A program made the translations under genes and the position numbers. From Macrostomum lignano (Eukaryota), in NCBI GenBank assembly GCA_002269645.1, contig NIVC01000012.1:372001-436000 (forward strand): a DNA stretch of 64,000 bases, given 5' to 3'. Positions 48,611-61,041 of the stretch are shown here, piece by piece; the stretch's first letter is position 1, and each line of letters begins with the position of its first letter. Below the pieces are notes generated by a model. That model was not told where the DNA came from. It saw only the letters and a program-made list of their open reading frames with translations, and ran no database searches.

Positions 48611-49590
48611 AAGACGGCCTCCCCGGCTTTGGGGTCTGCTTTCTCACCAATGGCCGCGTGCTCGCCACGCATGCCCAGCACACTGGAAGACTCTCTATAC
48701 TGTCTTCCAGAACGAAGTCCAGTTGCTATTAGCTCCTGCACACTGCAGAGGTATGCAGCAAAAAACTTCCGGAAAAACTATAGTTTTTCACCCCGACAGT
48801 CAGGCTGCTCTGCTATATAGCCGTCTGTCACACCACTACGGCCTCCCAGACGGTCTCCGACTGCGTCCGGATGCTCAATACGCTGGGACGCAAAAATGCT
48901 GTCCAGCTCAAATGGATCCCAGGTCACGCGGGCTTCCCTGGAAACGAGCTAGCCGACTCGCTTGCAAAACAAGGAAGTGGCGGCTCCCTCCAGGGACCCC
49001 TGCCCTTGGCTCCAATCCCTGCGGCCACCATCAATCGCAGCATTGTTGCCTGGGCCTCCGCCCTGCACAGGGACAGATGGATGAACCTCACCACCTGCCG
49101 CCAATCACGTGCGGCGGTCCCTCGTCCATCTCGAAAGCTTCGAACTGTCCTCCTGAACCAAAGCAGGAAGGACATCCGGGCTCTTGCTATGACCTTCACG
49201 GGTCATGGCTGCTTCGCTAGGCACTGCTTCCTCCGGGGCGACATCCGGAATGAACTGTGCCCCTCTTGCGAGTACTGTACGACAACGAAGATGCTCAACA
49301 TTTCGTCTGTCAATGCCCGTTCTTCACCAGGGAGCGGCTAAACCACCTCGGTCCAAACCCATCCATCGATGACGTTTGTAGACCCGAGAACATCTCACGG
49401 CTCGTCCGGTTCCTTCGGGCAACTAGACGAGCCTCTTTCTCCCTAATGAAGAAAACGCTGCAGGACGTACTGGCGGACCGCCCTGACTGCATGGCCCTGC
49501 ACCATTGCCGAAGCGGGTCACCAGGGTTTAGCGGAATGGGCGATTCTCGCCTCCCCGCTGCGTCTTCGGACTGCCCTGCAGTTAAGTCAA
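48611..49590 (+). mobile_element. 3' fragment of an RNase H-containing non-LTR retrotransposon (I/R1/LOA group)
   Basis: VQLKWIPGHAGFPGNELADSLAKQG is the RNase H C-terminal motif. TFTGHG..C..C..EDAQHFVCQCP is the C-terminal CCHC motif. Frameshifted. Confidence 0.85.
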
Positions 49591-49594
49591 GTAA

Positions 49595-49982
49595 GAGGAG
49601 ACGAGAGGAGAGGAGAGGAGAGGAGAGGAGAGGAGAGGAGAGGAAAGGAGAGGAGAGGAGACGAGAGGAGAGGAGAGGAGAGGAGAGGAGAGGAGAGGAA
49701 AGGAGAGGAGAGGAGACGAGAGGAGAGGAGAGGAGAGGAGACGAGAGGAGAGGAGAGGAGAGGAGACGAGAGGAGAGGAGACGAGAGGAGAGGAGAGGAG
49801 AGGAGAGGAGAGGAGAGGAGAGGAGACGAGAGGAGAGGAGACGAGAGGAGAGGAGAGGAGAGGAGAGGAGACGAGAGGAGAGGAGAGGAGACGAGAGGAG
49901 AGGAGAGGAGAGGAGAGGAGAGGAAAGGAAAGGAGAGGAGAGGAGACGAGAGGAGAGGAGAGGAGAGGAGACGAGAGGAGAG
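49595..49982 (+). repeat. (GAGAG)n microsatellite
   Basis: Direct. Confidence 0.97.
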
Positions 49983-51053
49983 TGTAGAGTGTTCTACCTT
50001 TCGTAAAAAAGACATAAAAGTGTTAACGTACTACTCACACATTTTATTTAGTAGTAAGTTGAAGAGCATGAATAAAGGTATGCTTTGAATTATAAGTATA
50101 TGCTGACTAACCAATAGAAAAAGAGAGACCTTGAGCATGCTAAATTTAGAAATCACCCAATCACGTGTAACCTGTACGTGTCGAACGCAAACCCCAGGAG
50201 AGATGCATCATTCAACCGTACGCACGTGAACCAATCAAATGTAACTAAAAATAACTCGAATGCGATGACCAATCACGCGCTTTTACACTGAACCAATGGA
50301 GTAACTTTCTACCCTGCCAAGTTTGACAGCAGCCAAACCGTGACCTTTTTGACAGCTGAAGAGTTGGACCCACGTGACCTCATGGGGGTCCATTTGCCTA
50401 TAAATACAAGTGGTCCGGAACGGACCCGGAGCCACAATCTCCGAGAGAGAAAGCTCCGAAGAGGAAGATCTGCAGCAGACTTCCTGAAGCAACTCGAAGA
50501 CGTGGTCGAGTTCTTGCGGTAAGCCTTACTCATTTGCGCCTGTTGGTTGAGACGTCTCGCTCAAGTCCAAGAGTGACTTGAGTTTATAGTGAGTCTGTTG
50601 AGACTCCTGAGTCTGTTTAGACTCTACTGGTTGCAGTCTCCAGAAGGACTGCCCCTGATAGATCTTAGAAGACTATCAGTGGTTTCCGGAGCCATACCTA
50701 GAGTGCATAGAGGCACTACTAGAAGGAGTAGGCTTATATTAAACCGCAGTTTGGCGCAGGGATCCCCATTGTTAATTTGGAAGCTTCCTATTGGTCCGAA
50801 CGACAGATTCCGGCCGGAAATACTTCTAAAGGAAAGAAGAAGGAAACTCGGACCCGATCGACACCTGAAGACGTCTAGAAGTCTACAAGATCTACTGAGA
50901 GATCTACAGTTGAGAACGACTCAAGAACGAAATCTAAGAATCCGGATTAAAGGTAATTGAATACCTTCATTTGATTACTGGGTTGCCTAGCTACAGAGCT
51001 AGAAGTGATTGTTCCTTGATTACAGTTGAGGACTGGTAATAAGGAACACATCA
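49983..51053 (+). mobile_element. Probable solo LTR (about 1.07 kb)
   Basis: TG...CA ends with a possible 4-bp TSD AGAG. Internal CCAAT boxes, TATAAATA near 50399 and a splice donor GCG|GTAAG near 50518. No coding domain. The TSD is weak evidence because the flanks are GA repeats. Confidence 0.45.
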
Positions 51054-51755
51054 AGAGGAGAGGAGAGGAGAGGAGAGGAGAGGAGACGAGAGGAGAGGAG
51101 ACGAGAGGAGAGGAGACGAGAGGAGAGGAGAGAGAGGAGACGAGAGGAGAGGAGAGGAGAGGAGAGGAGAGGAGAGGAGGGAGAGGAGAGGAGACGAGAG
51201 AGAGGAGACGAGAGGAGAGGAGACGAGAGGAGAGGAGACGAGAGGAGAGGAGACGAGAGGAGAGGAGAGGAGAGGAGACGAGACGAGAGGAGACGAGAGG
51301 AGAGGAGACGAGAGGAAAGGAGACAAGACGAGAGGAGACGAGACGAGAGAGGGAGAGGAGAGAAGGGAGAGGAGAGAAAGAGGAGAGAAGGAGAGGAGAG
51401 AAGGGAGAGGAGAGAAGGGAGAGGAGAGAAGGGAGAGGAGAGAAGGGAGAGAGAGAGAGGAGAGAAGGGAGAGGAGAACGAGAGAAAGAGGGAGAAGAGA
51501 GGAGAGAAGGGAGAGGAGAGAAGGGAGAGGAGAGAAGGGAGAGGAGAGAGGGAGAGGAAGGAGAGGAGAGAACAAGAGAGGAGAAGAGAGGAGAGGAGAC
51601 GAGGAGAGAAGGGAGAGGAGAGAAGGGAGAAGGAAGAGAGGAGAGAGAGGAGAGAAGGGAGAGGAGAGAAGGGAGAGGAGAGAAGGGAGAGGAGAGAAGG
51701 GAGAGGAGAGGAGAGGAGAGAAGGGAGAGGAGAGAACAAGAGAGGAGAGGAGACA
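51054..51755 (+). repeat. GA-rich simple repeats (GAGAG, GGAGAGAAGGGAGA)
   Basis: Direct. Confidence 0.96.
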
Positions 51756-52404
51756 CAAACCTTGAGCGGGCCGGATTTCTATTGTGAAGTTTCAAAGGAA
51801 CCGAGGGCCGGATAGAGAGGCTTTGCGGGCCGCAAGTGACCCTCGGGCCGGAGTTTGCCGACCCTTGTCATAAAGTTTAAAAATTGATCTCAGAATAAAT
51901 AAAGAATAAAAACGCAGAACTAGCCTATAAGAGTAAAAGAAGAGGTGATGAAAACTCAGGTGCGATTTTAAGATATAAAAGTTTGCGCCCTAGCCTATTC
52001 AGAGTCCTACAAATTATTTTGTAAGCATGGCAGAATAATGATAAAATGTATTTTAAAATTATTATACATAAAATTTAGAAACCCATAAATCAGAAATATA
52101 CTAGCAAAGAAAGCATAAATAATACTTGAGGGCAAGTAAAACTGAATCCTTAAAACACGAACAATTGCGCTAATCTAATTGAATATTGGTTGAAACCTAC
52201 ATATATAAAGGATTTAATTTAATGCAATTCAATGGCTTCTAAAAAATAATGGTTCGCTAGATTAAATCAAGTAGAAAAATTCTTCTATTTCTGAACATTA
52301 TCAGGCTCTTCATTACTATTCGTGCTAATTCTGACACGGACTAAATAAAAAACGCATCTCATTGATCAGTCAATTTTTCATGAAGATCCAACAACTGCCA
52401 TCTT

Positions 52405-52677
52405 CTACAAAGTATTGATTGGCTGGAATTTAACTGGGGCGCCCGTCTCCAGGCTCTTCTCGCAAGCGTCCGCCAGAGTGCTCACGTTGAGCGACTCAAT
52501 TGGTGTTACTATCATCGCGTTCTCGTCGGAGCCTGTTGATTTGAGATTGATTGATTGATGTCATTGATTTGATTGATTGATCTCATTGACTTGATTGATT
52601 GATTATTTAATTGCTTGATTGGTTGGTTGATTAATTGATTCATTAATTGATTGGTTGATTTACTGATTGATTGATTA

Positions 52678-52766
<89 letters not shown>

Positions 52767-52807
52767 TTGATTGATTGGTTGATTGATTAATTGATTGGTT
52801 GATTGAC

Positions 52808-52842
<35 letters not shown>

Positions 52843-52843
52843 C

Positions 52844-52876
<33 letters not shown>

Positions 52877-52937
52877 TGTTGATTGATTAATTGACTGATT
52901 AACTAACTGATTGGTTGATTTATTGATTAATTGATTA

Positions 52938-52972
<35 letters not shown>

Positions 52973-53049
52973 TGTTGATTGATTGATTGGTTGGTTGATT
53001 GATTAATTGACTGATTAATTGATTGGTTGATTTACTGATTGATTGATTA

Positions 53050-53112
<63 letters not shown>

Positions 53113-56100
53113 TGTTGATTGATTGATTGATTGATTGATTGATTAGTTGATTGATTAATTGACTGATTAACTAACTGATTGGTTGATTTATTGATTTATT
53201 AATTGATTGATTGATTGATTGATTTATTGATTTATTGATAGATTTTATGATTGATTAATTGATGGAGTACCTAACTGATTGATTAATTGATAGGTTGATT
53301 AATTGATTTATTTACGTATTTATTTATTATCTGAATTACTGGTTGATTTATTGCCCGATTTTATGATTGATAAATTGATAATAACTAATACCCTGATGTC
53401 TAAGCCAAACCCACCGGAAATCCGGCTCAGAAAGCTGCGCATCGAATTAACGTAGCCCTCAGCGTAGCGCTGCGGGAACGAGTACTGAATGTTGGCGCTG
53501 TTCACCCCAGCAGCTGTCGAAGATGTCACCGCCCGGTCGCAGACGTTATTCGACGCGATCATGCCCTGAGCACCGTGCACCTGGCGAATGGATTGGAATT
53601 GACAAAAATAACCTCTGATTTAATCAGTTAGATTCACGATTCACTGTGACACTGTGTCACTGGGACAACTTCACAAGCTGGAAATGCAAAGTTAGACAAA
53701 ACATTAACGTCCGTGTGCACCCTGGCGCACTTTAACCTTTTCAAGCCTGAATTCCTAAATAGAAAGCTCCGTTCCTGCCGGCATGGTCAGCAGAGCTGAC
53801 CATAGACTATTTCAAGTTTTCAGTGAACTGAATTGCACTGCCACTCCTGCCGATAAGCCAGCCATCGCTGGTCTAATCTAGGGTTGAAGGAGAATGTACA
53901 TTTGGAATGGGTTGCACACACGCTTATCAAAACTGTACAAGACTGGCCATAGACAGTCCAGTTTTAGTATATTAAGGGCTGTGCCAAATTCTGTACAATT
54001 CTATTCATGTAATTCAAATCAATCCAAATATGGATATTCTGTTGACTTCCGACTCCGAAAGTGACTCTGGAATAGCGGAGAACTCCGAGTCGTCTGAGTC
54101 GGTCACTATCAGCGAAGTAGAAGACGATTGGCAGTTTGTGGAGCCAGGCGAAGACATTGTTGAAGACGGCCCCAGTTTCACTGGAATTTCGGGTGTAAAC
54201 CCCAGCATTGTCCTTCCCGAAGACCGTGAAGGCATCCAATATTTTCTACGACTGTTTCTAACCGATGAGCTGCTGGATAAGATCGTGGAGTGGACAAACG
54301 CAAAAGCTTGGGCTGAGTATGAGCAGGCGACACATGATGGAGAAGATGTTTCGAGCTTGCTGAAGTCATGGAAGGACACAAACCGCAGTGAGATATCCAA
54401 GCTGTTGGGTATGTACCTGTTCATGGGCATCTCACGGAAGCCGGAACTGCATGATTACTGGAGCACCAGTGTCATTCACAGTACTCCGTTTTTTCAATCG
54501 CCCAATGGCTTGACCCGTGACCGATTCAAGCAGCTGCTGGCCTTCCTTCGTTTCTACGATGCACGAGCACCCGCCTCGAACGACCCACTGCACAAGATTC
54601 GGCCGCTGCTCCGTCTGGCTCAGCAGCTCTGCGCGAACGTGTACCAGCCGGAGCAGCAGGTCAGCGTCGACGAGTCTCTGATTCTGTACAAGGGGCGCCT
54701 TCAGTTTAGGCAGTACATCCCATCGAAGAGAGCCAGAGTTGGAATTAAAATGTACTGCGCCTGTGAGTCTGCATCTGGCTACCTGTATAACTTTCTAGTA
54801 CATTCGACTGCTGAAGAGAACTCTCATTTTGGCGACGACCTCGGTTGTGACCAGCTGTCTCTAAGCGAGAAAATCGTAGTGCACCTTTGCAAGGACCTGC
54901 TCGGTTTTCGGCTATCACCTTTTCGTCGACAAGTGGTTTGCCTCAGTACGGCTTGCGACTTTTCTGTACGAACGCAGCACACTGCTGACAGCAACTGTTC
55001 GAGCCGACCGTGGAGTGCCGTTGGCATTGCGCAGTCAGCAGGTGCCGTTGAATGACGTAGTTTTCATGAGGAAGCTGCCAGTGCTGGCCATGAAAATCCT
55101 GGAGCGCAAGGAAAGCGGCTTGAAAACATTCTTCATGATCGACACCCACGGCTCAGCTCAGAAAGTAGCGACGAACCGAATTCGCAAGAATGGTGAAGCT
55201 GTGCAAGTGCAGAAAAGCGCCTCGAACCTGCTGTACAACCGCTGCATGGGAGGCGTTGACCGACTCGATGCCATGCTGAAACCGTACGACAGCTGCCGCA
55301 AAACCTACAAGTGGTTTCATAAGTTGGGGTTTCATCTCTGCCTGCTGCTTGTACACAATGCATGGGTTGTATACTCAAAGCACGATGGCCGGCTGCAGTT
55401 CTTCAAATTCCTGGAGAGCTGTATCACCCTACTGGTTGACTCCACGGGACCAGGAAGACAGCGAACGGCAGCTAGGCAACCAGCGGCGGCCGCAGCTCAG
55501 CAGCACTTTCCATCAAAGCTGCCTCCGAGGGAATCGTGCCGAGGCCGGTGAAGCGATGCCGCGTGTGCTACCGCAACGGCACTGCGAAGCGCACCGTGTT
55601 CTGCTGCAGTGCGTGTCCGAATGCACCTGGACTGTGCCCAAGTCCCTGCTTTGAACGGTGGCATGTGAATCACTGAATTAAAGAACTCCTTTCACCAGCC
55701 GTACTATATAATTCGCGTTTGTATTCGGCATTGACTATTAATTTTTTACCTTTATGTTAAGACAAAAATAATTAAATGTCCAACTGCGGCACTCTACCAC
55801 AATATTGTTCCCTGTATTATTATATGCTACTATACGAGCGTACATGTAGTTGCGTCTCAAAATCATAATTTTTTTGTTGCTTTTGGACAAATATCTTCTT
55901 TTGCTTGAACTTTAACTTTAACTTTCCCTTTAACTTTATAGTTCGAAATTAATTCAACAATAAACTGCATCTTTTTTCTGTGCCATTGTTAGTACATGAA
56001 AGTTGCTCTAGTGGTCGCTACAGAGTGCTACAGACTGAGTGAGTGCGCTATTTATTCCATGGTCAGCTCAGCTGACCATGTTCGGCAGGAAAGGAGCTGC

Positions 56101-58359
56101 AATTCTGCGCCTCACTGGCCATAGACTACCAATTTTTTTCCTCGTCACCTTCTATTCTATGGCTATGGTCAGCTCTGCTAGCCACCCGGCATCTAAGGGT
56201 TAAGCGACATTGTCACACAACCGGCGAGAGGCATTACTGCCCATTCCGCCGACTCCCCTGAGCAGGCACACAGGCGCGCAGATGCGTACGCAGTCATACG
56301 CACAGGCACACTCTCACACAGGAGTGCACAGCGGCCCCCTAACTTTATTTATCGGGTTAGCCCTCAAGGACGTTAATGTGACTGCACAACAAATGAATCG
56401 AGCTTGGGCCGCTGGCCACTGGGCTACGGGCCCCCGGATGTAGGACTTCAAACTTGCCTCAATTCTCTGGTCATATCCATAAGTTGACCGCCTGTCCAAC
56501 TCAATAATGCCAATCGCGCCGCTAGGAAATTTGACCACAATCACGGCCGTGTCGTGATCGTTGAAGTCCTTCAGCTGGGGGTTGTGTCGAGCGGCGGTGG
56601 CAAAAACCGTAGAGGGCCACTCGCCAGCCAGCCAGCAGGCCATGTCAAGGTCGTGCACTCCGCAGTCGTGGAAAATTCCGCCTTGTGAAAAAAATGGTGA
56701 GAAGTGTCAATCAATGATCCTCAACCATTTTCTTTCCAACTTTCTTTTCTCTGCCTCTTTTACCAATATTGACAGTCATTTTGACACTTTCCTTCCGTTA
56801 ATTTATCACTGTCACTCTGTCAACCTGTAACTCTGTCAACCTGTCACTCCGTCAACCTGTAACTCTGTCAACCTGTCACTCTGTCAACCTGCCACTCTGT
56901 CGACCTGTCACTCTGTCAACCTGTCACTCTGTCAACCTGTCACTCTGTCAACCTGTCACTCTGTCTGTCAACCTGTCACTCTGTCAACCTGTCACTCTGT
57001 CAACCTGCCACTCTGTCAACCTGTCACTCTGTCTGTCAACCTGTCACTCTGTCAACCTGTCACTCTAGTCAACCTGTCACTCTGTCAACCTGTCACTCTG
57101 TCTGTCAACCTGTCACTCTGTCAACCTGTCACTCTGTCAACCTGTCACTCTTTCTGTCAACCTGTCACTCTGTCAACCTGTTACTCTGTCTGTCAACCTG
57201 TCACTCTTTCTGTCAACCTGTCACTCTGTCAACCTGTTACTCTGTCTGTCAACCTGTCACTCTGTCTGTCAACCTGTCACTCTGTCACTCTGGCAATTCT
57301 TCACTCCGTTATTATTCCTTAATCTTTACAAATACTTTTCTATTAGCTATTTTCTAGGATTGCGTGTGAATATTTCGTGAGACAGCAAGTATAAGATCCG
57401 AGCGGGTTTTAATCTAACCTCTTCTGCCAATAATGATTCTCAATCACACTAAAAGACAACAAGCTACAAATACTTTAGCGATAAGATAAAACACGGGACA
57501 TTGTTAAAAGGCAAAACGTACCGCTAGTTCTCAGATACTCAATACTCGGATAGGGGTTGTCGCGACTGCATGTACGAATAGTGTGCACCTCGCCGCAGGT
57601 GGTCGGGATTCGATCCCTCAGCAGACTAAAGCTCGGGTCATAGCGTCTGAAGATTTTTAAAATTCATTTTTTCAAAAATTATAGTGAAGTACTACAGTAA
57701 CTGTGCATGCTAACATTGCTAGACTAATGGTGTCACCTGTTAGACACATGAGTCACCTGTTAGACACATTAATCACCTGTTAGACACATGAATCACACTT
57801 TAGACACATGAATCACTCGTTAGACACATAAATCACTCGTTAGACACATGAATCACCTGTTAGACACATAAATAACCTGTCAGACACATGCAAAAAAGCA
57901 AATTCTGCACCAAAAATCGCAAGAGCATCATGTCAATCCATCAGCGAACCTGTTGAAGCTGCAGTGCAGAAGCAGTCCCTTGTTCTCAGCCAGCTTATAC
58001 ACCTCCTTCATGCTCTCTAGACTGGTTGCTATGGGCTTTTCGCAAAACATCTGCTTGCCGCTGTTAATGCACTTTCTCAGCGCCGTTTCGTGCGTCATGG
58101 TTGGCGAGCAGATGACACAGAAGGTCACCTCAGGATCCGCCATGGCTTGGTCTTCTTCTTCTGGCAGCAGAAATTTAGGCAACTCATCGGTCTGGCCGCC
58201 AAGAATTGCCGCGGCAGCCACCGACGCTGCCTTAGGATCGGCATCGATGACGTATTTGACTCGGGCGAGGCGAAGCGAGGCGATGTTGCCGAAGTGGATC
58301 CGACCGGCCCGGCCCAGGCCGAACACGGCTCCGACTGGTAGTGAAGTTTGAGCAGACAT
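52405..58359 (-). CDS. iolG: Myo-inositol 2-dehydrogenase-like (Gfo/Idh/MocA) oxidoreductase; exons 58359-57950, 57646-57522, 56681-56458, 53580-53415, 52532-52405; 350 aa
   Basis: GLGRAGRIH (Rossmann), MFCEKPIA, SFNR|RYDP, SRDNP, SG|GIFHDCGVHDLD, YGYDQRIE|VHG, SFPQRYAEGY, LADACEKSLETGAPV. All exon phases join (1053 nt). Confidence 0.92.
52537..53320 (+). repeat. (ATTG)n degenerate microsatellite filling intron 4
   Basis: Direct. Confidence 0.97.
53736..56199 (+). mobile_element. Full-length piggyBac DNA transposon in intron 3 of the dehydrogenase gene (antisense)
   Basis: TTAA at 53732-53735 and 56200-56203; ends CCTTTTCAAGCC / GGCATCTAAGGG; subterminal ATGGTCAGC..GCTGACCAT repeats at both ends. 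Confidence 0.92.
54030..55676 (+). CDS. piggyBac transposase (DDD) with C-terminal Cys-rich domain; two 1-nt frameshifts in homopolymers (TTTT 54905-54908; GGG near 55525)
   Basis: VSVDESLILYKGR, (corrected frame) YHLFVDKWF, YNRCMGGVDRLD and KRCRVC..FCCSAC..GLC..PCFERWH. Confidence 0.9.
56810..57295 (+). repeat. 16/20-bp minisatellite TGTCAACCTGTCACTC
   Basis: Direct. Confidence 0.95.
57733..57890 (+). repeat. 20-bp minisatellite TTAGACACATGAATCACCTG (about 8 copies)
   Basis: Direct. Confidence 0.9.
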
Positions 58360-58487
58360 TTCTGTCTCTATAGCTGTTATTATCGACTCAAAGCTCTGGC
58401 TGAGGTTTTTTCTGTGATCTTCTTTTTTTAAAGTCACACCGGGCCCTAGGGTGGTCTTTTTTAGATAAAGACACTTTCTGTCTGTCA

Positions 58488-58545
<58 letters not shown>

Positions 58546-58884
58546 TATACTGTGTGCCATGCCTGTTTTAGATGACTGCGACTATGAGTTACTATGGTAT
58601 TTTCTGTTTGCCCTGAGCCGACTAACACGGTTGAACAGTCGGTCTATGCATGTCTCGAGGTCACCCACTCTCTGCTTTTTTAACCTCTCCGCTTCTCTCA
58701 CCATTCACCAACCAATTGGCTCAAGCTTTAAATGACTGACTTTAAAGACTTTTAATACAACTTGAAACAAAAGAGGAACTTTGATTTAATGATTGATTTT
58801 AATAACCTTATTGAAAAATTTCTTGTCTGTTAGAAATCAACTCATCGTTTGATGAGCATCATACGTGCATGTACTTTTACTAAT

Positions 58885-59695
58885 AATCTTCAGCTGTAAC
58901 AGTTTCCTCACCTGTAATAATCATCTTTAACTGTAATAATCATCTTCACCTGCAAGAATCATCTTGACCTGTAATAATCATCCTTTACTGTAATAATCAT
59001 CTTCACCTGCAAGAATCATCTTGACCTGTAATAATCATCTTTAACTGTAATAATCATCTTTTACTGTAATAATCATCTTTTACTGTAATAATCATCTTTA
59101 ACTGCAAGAATAATATTTACCTGTAATATTCATCTTGACCTGTAATAATCATCTTTTACTGTAATAATCATCTTCACCTGTAATAATCATCTTCACCGGT
59201 AATATTCATCTTTAACTGTAATAATCATATTTTACTGTAATAATCATCTTCACCTGTAATATTCATCTTTAACTGTAATAATCATATTTTACTGTAATAA
59301 TCATCTTCACCTGTAATATTCATCTTTAACTGTAATAATCATCTTTAACTGTAATAATCATCTTCACCTGTAATATTCATCTTTAACTGTAATAATCATA
59401 TTTTACTGTAATAATCATCTTCACCTGTAATATTCATCTTTAACTGTAATAATCATCTTTAACTGTAATAATCATCTTCACCTGTAATAATCATCTTTTA
59501 CTGTAATAATCATCTTTAACTGTAATAATCACCTTCACCTGTAATAATCATCTTTAACTGTAATAATCATCTTGACCTGTTATAATCATCTTGATCTGTA
59601 ATAATCATCTTTATCTGTAATAATCCTATCTACCTGAAATAATCATCTTGACCTGTAATAATCATCTTGACCTATAATAATCATCTTAAATAATA
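58885..59695 (+). repeat. 19-bp minisatellite CTGTAATAATCATCTT(CAC/TAA/TTA)
   Basis: Direct. Confidence 0.94.
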
Positions 59696-60199
59696 ATAAT
59701 CATCAACAAGTAAAAGCACATTCTTCTAAATGTTTATCTCTGCAAAGTAGAGCAGGAAAGTTCCACTTTTCCTTGACCTATTTTCTGAACTTTTATTTCA
59801 AGACTTTGCTTTTACGAATAATCACGAGAAAATGTCCATGACGTTAGGGCGTCACTCTCAATCTAACTGACACTTTGATCTTCACAATGAGAAGATATTA
59901 GCGCATTGCAAGCACCAGCTTCTAGCGCTGTTTTGCCTTTGTAAGACCGGCAACTGAAAAAAACACTACGAAGACACCACCAATTTCTCAATGTACTCGG
60001 AAGGCTGTAAAACTAATTAGCACGCGCACTCAGGATGCGCTTGTCATTAGTCAAGCAGGATAGTTCACTTCAAACAGCTGGGGCCGCTTTGGGTGTATGA
60101 ATCAACAGTGTATACTGAAGGCCCTCATGAATGGCCTGAGGCACCAGAGATTAGGATGGCAACTTAGCTCATATCTACACTTCTGTTCGTAACTTCCCA

Positions 60200-60950
60200 T
60201 TTTTCCCTTCTAGTCCCCACTTCCTCTCTTCCCCTCTCCCCACCCTCTTTGCTCACCTCTCTCTCTCTCTCTAATCTTCCTCTCTACCTCTCTCCTTCCC
60301 TCTCTCCTCCCCTCACTCCTCCTCTCTCTCCTCCCCTCTCTACCTCTCTCCTCTCTTCTCTCCTCTCCCCTCTCCCCATTGTTACGTCTTCTGCTCCGAC
60401 CTAGAGCTGCTACATTTAAGTAAGGAAGACAATAGTTGTAACTTAGCGGTTCGAGCCATCTTTTCGCTTGATGAACTTCTCTTGGGATGCATGTCGTAAC
60501 TACTTAATTATAAAATAATGTATTGTGCCCTAGACAACAAAACAATCGGCTCGGGGCATACTGTGTCTTTGCGCCAAGTGTGTTTTCTGTCAATATACAA
60601 CACCCATCTTCTCTACCTCTCTCCTCCCCTCTCTCCTCCCCTCTCTCCTCACCCTCTCTACCTCTCTCCTCCCCTCTCTCCTCACCCTCTCTACCTCTCT
60701 CCTCCCCTCTCTCCTCACCCTCTCTACCTCTCTCCTCCCCTCTCTCCTCCCCTCTCTCCTCACCCTCTCTATCTCTCTCCTCCCCTCTCTCCTCCCCTCT
60801 CTCCTCCCCTCTCTCCTCACCCTCTCTACCTCTCTCCTCCCCTCTCTCCTCACCCTCTCTACCTCTCTCCTCCCCTCTCTCCTCCCCTCTCTCCTCCCCT
60901 CTCTCCTCACCCTCTCTACCTCTCTCCCCTCTCTCCTCCCCTCTCTACCT
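60200..60950 (+). repeat. Pyrimidine-rich repeats (CTCTCTCCTCCC / CTCTCTCCTCACCCTCTCTAC)
   Basis: Direct; two tracts at about 60200-60380 and 60605-60950. Confidence 0.92.
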
Positions 60951-61041
60951 TGCAAAGTTTTTTTTATGAAAATTAAATATGTGCTTTAATTAGAGATGGA
61001 CCATTTTCAGGCTAATTTGCCTATCAAATTGATTTTAAGAA

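Larger units (their letters stand above)
47836..51867. mobile_element. Composite hAT (Charlie/MER-like) non-autonomous shell expanded by nested inserts
   Basis: Left end CAGGGGTTGGCGAAA..AAGGGCCAGAT; right end GCGGGCCG..GGGCCGGAGTTTGCCGACCCTTG. The flanking 8-mers match only 5/8 (TTCTAAAA vs TCATAAAG). Confidence 0.55.

Noticed and set aside
52405-58359. Recent bacterial horizontal transfer or contamination for the iolG-like gene
   Set aside because: It has four spliceosomal introns and host-type repeats, and similar genes are known from other invertebrates. Ancient origin cannot be judged without a phylogeny.
61021-61033. 13-bp match CCTATCAAATTGA between the PLE flank and the 23-mer satellite
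   Set aside because: Short, AT-rich and isolated; plausible by chance.
60996-61041. ATG at 60996 as the start of the PLE ORF
   Set aside because: These codons come from the duplicated host flank; the element proper starts at 61042 mid-RT.
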